Source: a virus
Direction: 5' to 3' (one strand)
DNA length: 64,000 nucleotides
IMG/VR virus record: IMGVR_UViG_3300031951_000015
Span: 110,668-174,667 of that record
In this document: in pieces, positions 58,814-64,000 of the stretch
Layout: each line of letters opens with the position of its first letter
Numbering within the stretch: position 1 is the stretch's first letter
The notes under the pieces: generated by a model
What the model was told of the DNA's origin: nothing
Seen by the model: the letters and a program-made list of their open reading frames with translations, nothing else
The model's database searches: none
Program-made: the position numbers and the translations under genes

Positions 58814-59804
58814 AAATGCACATATCCTCAACAAGTTGTTTAAAAGAAATCTTAGGTTCCCAACCTAGTTTTTCCTTTGCCTTTGTGGCATCACCTAATA
58901 AAGTCTCTACTTCAGCAGGTCGAAAATATTTAGGGTTGACTCGAATAACCGTTTTACCAGTATTCTTATCAATACCAACTTCATCTAGTCCTTCACCTTC
59001 CCATACAATTTTCATACCAAAATATGGTGCTGCTTCTTCTACAAACTCACGCACAGAGTATTGAACACCTGTGGCGATTACATAGTCATCTGGTTCATCT
59101 TGTTGAAGCATCAACCACATTGCTTCTACAAAGTCTTTTGCGTGTCCCCAATCACGTTTTGCATTTAGATTACCAAGTTCCAAAACATCTTGTAATCCAA
59201 CAGAAATTTTAGAGAGTGCCTGTGTGATCTTACGAGTTACAAAAGTTTCACCACGTCTTGGAGATTCGTGATTGAATAGGATACCTGTACAAGCATACAT
59301 TCCATATGCTTCACGATAGTTCTTAGTAATCCAATAACCGTAGATCTTTGCTACCCCATAAGGAGAACGGGGATAAAAAGGAGTAGTTTCACGTTGAGGA
59401 GTTTCTTGTACAAGACCATAAAGTTCGCTTGTAGACGCTTGATAAATACGGACACGATCTTCCATCCCCAAAAGACGCACCGCTTCAAGAATACGAAGAG
59501 TTCCCACACCATCGACATCAGCAGTGTATTCAGGCATTTCAAAGGATACTTTGACATGACTCTGAGCACCAAGATTATAAATTTCATCGGGTTTTACTTT
59601 TTGAATAATTCTTACAAGATTGGTAGAATCAGTAAGGTCACCGTAATGGAGATTAATAGAATCATAGATGTGGTCAATACGATGAGTATTAATAAGGGAT
59701 GCTCGTCGGACAATGCCATGAACTTGATAACCTTTTTCAAGTAATAATTCTGCGAGATACGACCCATCTTGACCTGTAATGCCAGTAATTAATGCAACCT
59801 TCAT
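58803..59804 (-). CDS. gmd: GDP-mannose 4,6-dehydratase
   Basis: [43 protein letters not shown]. Confidence 0.97.
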   Translation of the reverse strand: MKVALITGITGQDGSYLAELLLEKGYQVHGIVRRASLINTHRIDHIYDSINLHYGDLTDSTNLVRIIQKVKPDEIYNLGAQSHVKVSFEMPEYTADVDGVGTLRILEAVRLLGMEDRVRIYQASTSELYGLVQETPQRETTPFYPRSPYGVAKIYGYWITKNYREAYGMYACTGILFNHESPRRGETFVTRKITQALSKISVGLQDVLELGNLNAKRDWGHAKDFVEAMWLMLQQDEPDDYVIATGVQYSVREFVEEAAPYFGMKIVWEGEGLDEVGIDKNTGKTVIRVNPKYFRPAEVETLLGDATKAKEKLGWEPKISFKQLVEDMCIYGQ

Positions 59805-59824
59805 AAAGGAAAATACTTTTTATC

Positions 59825-59860
59825 ATTATACTAAAAAAGGAGAGTTTATGCAACTCTCCC
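59825..59860 (-). terminator. terminator with overlapping sigma70 promoter for gmd
   Basis: GGAGAGTT-GCATA-AACTCTCC-TTTTTT; TTGCAT-17-TATAAT. Confidence 0.75.
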
Positions 59861-59864
59861 ACTA

Positions 59865-60012
59865 GGTCTTTCATGCACGCCACCAATTCTTTAACTGGAA
59901 ATTGGAAACCAGGCGGGAGAGAGTCCCATCCGCACCACCAATCCTTGAGAGAGATTGGAAACTCATAACAGGGTCATTTTGACTCCACCACTTGGTTTTA
60001 CGAAACCAAGAA
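59865..60012 (-). ncRNA. wcaG/manA-like structured RNA (3' part)
   Basis: Three TTTC-stem-TGG units with pseudoknot-compatible pairings (GAG/CTC+CAAT/ATTG; CTGG/CCAG+CAATT/AATTG), GCGG/CCGC hairpin; upstream of gmd-fcl. Confidence 0.65.
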
Positions 60013-60225
60013 AAGTTGGGTTAACTTTGATATCTCGGTAATACCAAAGAATGTGATTAGAAATAACACATCCCAGAGTTTGAGTTTGATAGCAAAAGGA
60101 ATACCGAGTAGTCCTCCAATAAACTTAATGATCAAACCGTTTTTAAAATCTCCCCATAACATGATTTGATAACCAAGTAAGAGGAGAAAGTTGCCAATGT
60201 ATCTCAGGATACTTGTTTTAGACAT
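59998..60225 (-). CDS. small multi-TM membrane protein
   Basis: 75 aa, three hydrophobic segments, LR..GN and LWD motifs. Confidence 0.7.
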   Translation of the reverse strand: MSKTSILRYIGNFLLLLGYQIMLWGDFKNGLIIKFIGGLLGIPFAIKLKLWDVLFLITFFGITEISKLTQLFLVS

Positions 60226-60253
60226 AAGGGGGATTCATCACCGACCAGTGCTG

Positions 60254-60505
60254 TTATAGACCATCCGTGTCTTCTTCATCGTCTCTTACATAACAAGGAA
60301 CTCTATCAGGATCCAACCATTTAGCATACTCAATGTCTTCCATAGCGGTAGAACATTGAAGAACGTTATCAAAAAGATAGATATCGTTCCAGCGTTTGGT
60401 ATAGTAGTTTTGCTTTTGCATACGATAATCGGGTTTGCCGTTTATCTCAAGAATACCTGTCTCAACAAAGCGGTATCCTTCACGTTCCAGGAGAACCTTG
60501 CTCAT
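60254..60505 (-). CDS. conserved cyanophage hypothetical protein
   Basis: YRFVE.G..E.NG.PDYR.Q...W.DIYLFDN..QC..AMED.EY.KWL. Confidence 0.75.
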   Translation of the reverse strand: MSKVLLEREGYRFVETGILEINGKPDYRMQKQNYYTKRWNDIYLFDNVLQCSTAMEDIEYAKWLDPDRVPCYVRDDEEDTDGL

Positions 60506-60714
60506 GCTTCAACTACTTCAAGATCACTGGCGACATACTCCATAAGCATTTCGTAGTCGTCAAGGGGGTCTCCCGAAAACACGACACCTTCATTTTCATA
60601 AAAGCGACGGACCTTTTTATAAAGTTTCGGACTCTTTACATCAAGGTAGAATTCCCCGTTAGCAGCAGAGCGAAGAGTGCTAACATCCTTTTTGAATTTT
60701 TGAATCAGAGACAT
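60502..60714 (-). CDS. conserved cyanophage hypothetical protein
   Basis: KFKKD...L..A..G...LD.K.PKL.KK; promoter TTGACT-17-TATAAT at 60765..60737. Confidence 0.75.
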   Translation of the reverse strand: MSLIQKFKKDVSTLRSAANGEFYLDVKSPKLYKKVRRFYENEGVVFSGDPLDDYEMLMEYVASDLEVVEA

Positions 60715-60789
60715 TGTTTTGAATTGTTGCCTTAGTATTATAAGGTTTGTTGAGTGTTTAGTCAAGTGTGCCAGTGAAGAAACTGGCGA

Positions 60790-60861
60790 TCGGAGTGACA
60801 GGGATCGAACCTGCGACTTTCTCATCCCAAATGAGACGCGCTACCTCTGCGCTACACTCCG
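60790..60861 (-). tRNA. tRNA-Pro(UGG)
   Basis: Cloverleaf, TCTCA-TT-TGG-GA-TGAGA, GGTTCGATCC; promoter TTGACA-17-TATAAT at 60920..60892; CCA not encoded. Confidence 0.95.
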
Positions 60862-60982
60862 AAGTACCGTTATTTATTTCGGTGTATAAGCATTATACCC
60901 ATAATGGGAGCGATTGTCAAGCCCGCTCCGCAAAGTCCTAACCAGATCGGGCTTGCTGCAAGTGTTTCCACAATATGAAAAA

Positions 60983-61180
60983 TCATCTTCCTCTCCAATT
61001 CTTATATTCATAGTAGAAGTATTGATCTACTTCATTTAAACCTGATAGAGGGGCATCTACACCCCACTCAGACCATTCTATACAAAACTGTTTAATATCG
61101 TGGTTATGGGATACACTATGTCCGTGCATCCTCACAAAAGAGGACATAGCAAACTGATACTTTTTATTGTGGATAGGCAT
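60983..61180 (-). CDS. hypothetical protein
   Basis: ORF track; ends DQYFYYEYK.WRG. Confidence 0.6.
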   Translation of the reverse strand: MPIHNKKYQFAMSSFVRMHGHSVSHNHDIKQFCIEWSEWGVDAPLSGLNEVDQYFYYEYKNWRGR

Positions 61181-61245
61181 TGTGAAGTCCCCAATTTATA
61201 AAAATTGAAATGACACTAAAAATACAAATTGCTTTGAAAATTGTG

Positions 61246-61359
61246 TTACTCATCTTCTTCGTCCTCATAAGTAGATGGTTCTTCAAATAATTCTTCTATC
61301 TTCTGTTGTAAAACTATTCTTTGCAATTCTTGTAAATCTTTTTCTGTTAAAGATACCAT
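61246..61359 (-). CDS. small acidic protein (37 aa)
   Basis: MVSLTEKDLQELQ...ELFEEPSTYEDEEDE. Confidence 0.55.
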   Translation of the reverse strand: MVSLTEKDLQELQRIVLQQKIEELFEEPSTYEDEEDE

Positions 61360-61565
61360 TAGTTTAATGTAATTTTAAGAAAAGGAAGTAGTGGTGGAAT
61401 CACACCTACAAGTCTCAAAAGTCCCTCAGCAAATAAAGCAAGAACCACCCAACCGACGCACATACTAATGATAGAAGCATTACGGTTGTGTCTTCTGATA
61501 GCAGCATCAATCATCTCCTGCACTTCTGTGCGAGTTACATAATCATCATCAAAAGGTTCCATCAT
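61359..61565 (-). CDS. conserved small membrane protein
   Basis: QEMIDAAIRRHNRNASIIS..VGWVVLAL. Confidence 0.7.
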   Translation of the reverse strand: MMEPFDDDYVTRTEVQEMIDAAIRRHNRNASIISMCVGWVVLALFAEGLLRLVGVIPPLLPFLKITLN

Positions 61566-61711
61566 TTCTCATCTCCAAGAAACTTTGCAAGGGGATCTTT
61601 TCGGGTTTTGGTTATTTCAACTGCTCTCTTATAGAACATATTATCGGTGTTCCCAGAGGCTTCAAAAGTCTCCTTGATCTTCACCCAATTCTCGTAGGTG
61701 CGCTGATCCAT
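61562..61711 (-). CDS. small conserved protein (49 aa)
   Basis: MDQRTYENWVKIKETFEASGNTDNMFYKRA...DP. Confidence 0.6.
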   Translation of the reverse strand: MDQRTYENWVKIKETFEASGNTDNMFYKRAVEITKTRKDPLAKFLGDEK

Positions 61712-61823
61712 AGGGTTAAAGTTGAATACTACTAGTTATGCTAGTGAGTATTTCCACCCTGTCAAGTTTGTGTTGATACAAAAATATAGATTAAAAAAAT
61801 CTAAAATTTTGTAATATTTGTAA

Positions 61824-61906
61824 CGGAGAGAACAGGAATCGAACCTGCGAAGCTTTTAAACCCAGCCGCTTTCAAGGCGGTGTCCTCGACCAACCGGACT
61901 CTCTCC
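61824..61906 (-). tRNA. tRNA-Ser(UGA)
   Basis: GGAGAGA acceptor, anticodon loop CTTGAAA, long variable arm, GGTTCGATTCC. Confidence 0.9.
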
Positions 61907-61917
61907 AAAATAAGTCC

Positions 61918-62175
61918 TCAACGGACTTCAAAATCTAAACGCCTTACTTTACGTTGGCGTCTTGCTTCCTGAAAAGCAAGGTCTTCGTTTGAGAGAACAC
62001 CAGATTTTGATTTGTTATGATAAGAGTTTAGCATAACAACCTTAGATAAGTCAAGTGCCGAAATCTTATCTCCACGAATAGTTGCCATATTTGGACAACC
62101 ACAGCAAACAGTTTTAGTAGGATGCCCCTCTAACTCTTTGCCACAGGAGCGGCATCTGATTCTTAAATTTTCCAT
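61918..62175 (-). CDS. small Zn-finger-like protein
   Basis: CRSC...CGCPN; ends RKVRRLDFEVR. Confidence 0.7.
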   Translation of the reverse strand: MENLRIRCRSCGKELEGHPTKTVCCGCPNMATIRGDKISALDLSKVVMLNSYHNKSKSGVLSNEDLAFQEARRQRKVRRLDFEVR

Positions 62176-62190
62176 TGTATTATAAGATAA

Positions 62191-62628
62191 TTATTTTTCA
62201 GTAAATGAGCGAAGCATCCAAATAAATTTACCATGTGCTTCATTTAAATCATCAAGAAGATTAATAGTACCTCTTGACTTTTGGTTTTCTGCTTCTACTG
62301 CGGCAGAAGAAAGCATTTCAACAATCTTTTTATGATCTTCAAGAAGATCACTAATCATTTCCATTTCAGAAATATTAGATTTTGCTTCCGAAACTCCAGA
62401 TACTTCTACAACTCTAGATAAAGAACTAATTGGCTTAATACGAAGAAATCGCATATGCTCAGAAATTCTATCAACCTCTTCTTGAATAGCAGTATACTGC
62501 CCACCAAACAAATCGTGAATCTGCTTAAAATCAGGTCCTACAACATGCCAATGGTAAACCCAAGTCTTTTGAAACAGAAGAAAAAGACTTGCTTGGGTAT
62601 CAGAGAGTGATTTATAAAGTTTTTCCAT
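62191..62628 (-). CDS. dps: Dps/ferritin-like DNA protection protein
   Basis: K...YHW.V.G..F..IH..F, D.I.E.MR, H.K..WML. Confidence 0.9.
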   Translation of the reverse strand: MEKLYKSLSDTQASLFLLFQKTWVYHWHVVGPDFKQIHDLFGGQYTAIQEEVDRISEHMRFLRIKPISSLSRVVEVSGVSEAKSNISEMEMISDLLEDHKKIVEMLSSAAVEAENQKSRGTINLLDDLNEAHGKFIWMLRSFTEK

Positions 62629-62659
62629 TATACTTCTGTTTTTTTGAAGTATTTATAAG

Positions 62660-62731
62660 TGGGCAATATCGGATTCGAACCAATGACCGTCTGCGTGTAA
62701 AGCAGCTGCGCTACCGCTGCGCCAATCGCCC
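62660..62731 (-). tRNA. tRNA-Val(UAC)
   Basis: CTGC-TT-TAC-AC-GCAG, GGTTCGAATCC. Confidence 0.95.
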
Positions 62732-62738
62732 AATAAAG

Positions 62739-62903
62739 TCAATATTGACTCATCATATATTCTACCGTATTTGCTACGTCATTCATAGCATCTCGTAGAT
62801 TTTCTCTTTGACCCGATTCTTGTTTAATGATTGGGCGATGATCTTCAGTTAGGGTCCAACGCCACTGATTCATTTCATTACAATACCAAAGATTAATTTT
62901 CAT
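62739..62903 (-). CDS. small conserved protein (54 aa)
   Basis: MKINLWYC..MNQWRWTLT...QESGQ..LRDAMNDVA.TVEY. Confidence 0.6.
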   Translation of the reverse strand: MKINLWYCNEMNQWRWTLTEDHRPIIKQESGQRENLRDAMNDVANTVEYMMSQY

Positions 62904-63096
62904 TCTTGAAATATTCCAGTTTTACCCAATTAAGAAGTGCATAAACTTCTGTGATTTCTGACTTATAGTTTAGGTAGTCAGTATCATCAAACATTTTTTC
63001 CCTTTCAAAGAATTCGATTTCACTTGAAAGAAAATTAACATAATGATTAAAGACAGTTATAGTAACTTCTCTATCGCGTTGGGAAATAAGAGACAT
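62893..63096 (-). CDS. hypothetical protein
   Basis: MSLISQ.DR...LLNW.KLE; AGGAG RBS; TTGACA-18-TATTAT promoter at 63147..63118. Confidence 0.65.
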   Translation of the reverse strand: MSLISQRDREVTITVFNHYVNFLSSEIEFFEREKMFDDTDYLNYKSEITEVYALLNWVKLEYFKNEN

Positions 63097-63161
63097 AAAA
63101 CTCCTAACTCGTTATCTATAATACATTAAAAAGGGGGGTTTTGTCAACCCCCATATGTATA

Positions 63162-64000
63162 TCAGTTACCGATTCTGTTCACAGCAATACGTGCTTTATT
63201 GAGAATACTGCCCGAAAGGGGAACATAACCCAAATCATCAGCAATCATTTGTGCATTAGAACTCAGTGCATAATTCAAAGCAGCACGAATATCATTTGTC
63301 TTGGCACCATTTCCAGTCTTATATGCAAGGATCCAAGTCAGAGTAGAAATAGGATATGCATTAGTACCAGATGGGTTAGGATTTTCTCCTGCAAGATTAG
63401 CATCCAGAGTAATACCATTCAGAGCGGCCGCACCAGTCACAGCAGAAGGTCCGACAAACTTACCTGCTTTGTTTTGAAGAACTGCTGCTTGAAGTTTGTT
63501 AGGGCGAACAAAACCAGTATTCACATAACCAATCGCACCAGGAGTGTTTTTGATAGTTCCAGAAACACCTTCGTTTCCTTTTGCACCTACACCAACAGGC
63601 CACTTAATTGCCTTACCCACACCAGGTTTCCAACCACCAAAAGCATCCAAAGAGTTAGTGAAGGCAAAGGTAGTACCAGAACCATCAGAACGATGAACAA
63701 CATTCATAGGTCCAGCAGCGCAACCAACTTGATTCCAATCTTTAATGCGACCAGAGAAAATATCAACAGTTTGCTTTTGAGTCAGTTTCAGTTTGCAACC
63801 TGATTTATTATAGGCAATGGCAATCGTTCCACCTACCATAGGAATTTGAACGACACCACGCTTCACTTGCTTTGCTTCCGATGCTTTGATGGGTTCATCA
63901 CTTGCTCCGAAGTCAACTGTGCCCGCAATGAATTGACGAACACCAGCACCAGAACCAACGGACTGATAATTAACCCTACTCCCAGAAGTTCGTGCATAAT
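63162..64000 (-). CDS. pstS: phosphate ABC transporter substrate-binding protein (5' end outside window)
   Basis: NYQSVGSGAG, DFGASD, HRSDGSGTT, GKGNEGV-like, YPI motifs; frame open to window edge. Confidence 0.95.
   Translation of the reverse strand, partial: YARTSGSRVNYQSVGSGAGVRQFIAGTVDFGASDEPIKASEAKQVKRGVVQIPMVGGTIAIAYNKSGCKLKLTQKQTVDIFSGRIKDWNQVGCAAGPMNVVHRSDGSGTTFAFTNSLDAFGGWKPGVGKAIKWPVGVGAKGNEGVSGTIKNTPGAIGYVNTGFVRPNKLQAAVLQNKAGKFVGPSAVTGAAALNGITLDANLAGENPNPSGTNAYPISTLTWILAYKTGNGAKTNDIRAALNYALSSNAQMIADDLGYVPLSGSILNKARIAVNRIGN

Noticed and set aside
61766-61824. GTA-N8-AAC NtcA-like matches
   Set aside because: Imperfect, in AT-rich sequence, with no nitrogen-related gene nearby.
61824-61906. 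Suppressor or selenocysteine tRNA
   Set aside because: Anticodon UGA reads UCA (Ser); Sec or opal suppression would need anticodon UCA.
306-63803. Plus-strand ORFs in the track (e.g. 5110..5835, 26532..27023, 41799..42338, 63141..63803)
   Set aside because: Antisense shadows of well-supported minus-strand genes; Pro- or His-rich translations mirror Gly codons; no motifs or RBS.

Overview
64 kb of a large T4-like cyanophage (myovirus; psbA, psbD, two hli, petF, pstS, T4-type late promoters), probably infecting Synechococcus/Cyanobium. Essentially all genes lie on the minus strand. In transcription order (high to low coordinates): pstS (partial), dps, three tRNAs and small ORFs; a manA/wcaG-like structured RNA; a ~15 kb glycan-biosynthesis island (gmd, fcl, GT11, GT6, GT25, GT47, GT61, GT2, FkbM, epimerase, nucleotidyltransferase); hli-petF-peroxiredoxin; psbA, a LAGLIDADG-like endonuclease and psbD; a ~35 kb modular tail-fibre/adhesin array with interspersed 2OG-Fe(II) oxygenases, a sulfotransferase and two free-standing homing endonucleases; conserved cyanophage genes; a tandem glutamine riboswitch ahead of a DUF4278-like gene. 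Most unusual signals: (1) two unrelated homing endonucleases (GIY-YIG and HNH) are each preceded by the same cassette: late promoter, CCTG-loop-CAGG hairpin, terminator, second late promoter. In each, the loop is complementary to that gene's own 5' leader and the spacings are identical, suggesting a re-programmable small antisense/guide RNA system; (2) eight fibre+adhesin cassettes joined by recurrent, co-varying terminal motifs; (3) protein-coding ORFs nested inside structured RNAs. All family assignments come from motif recognition by eye; no searches were run.
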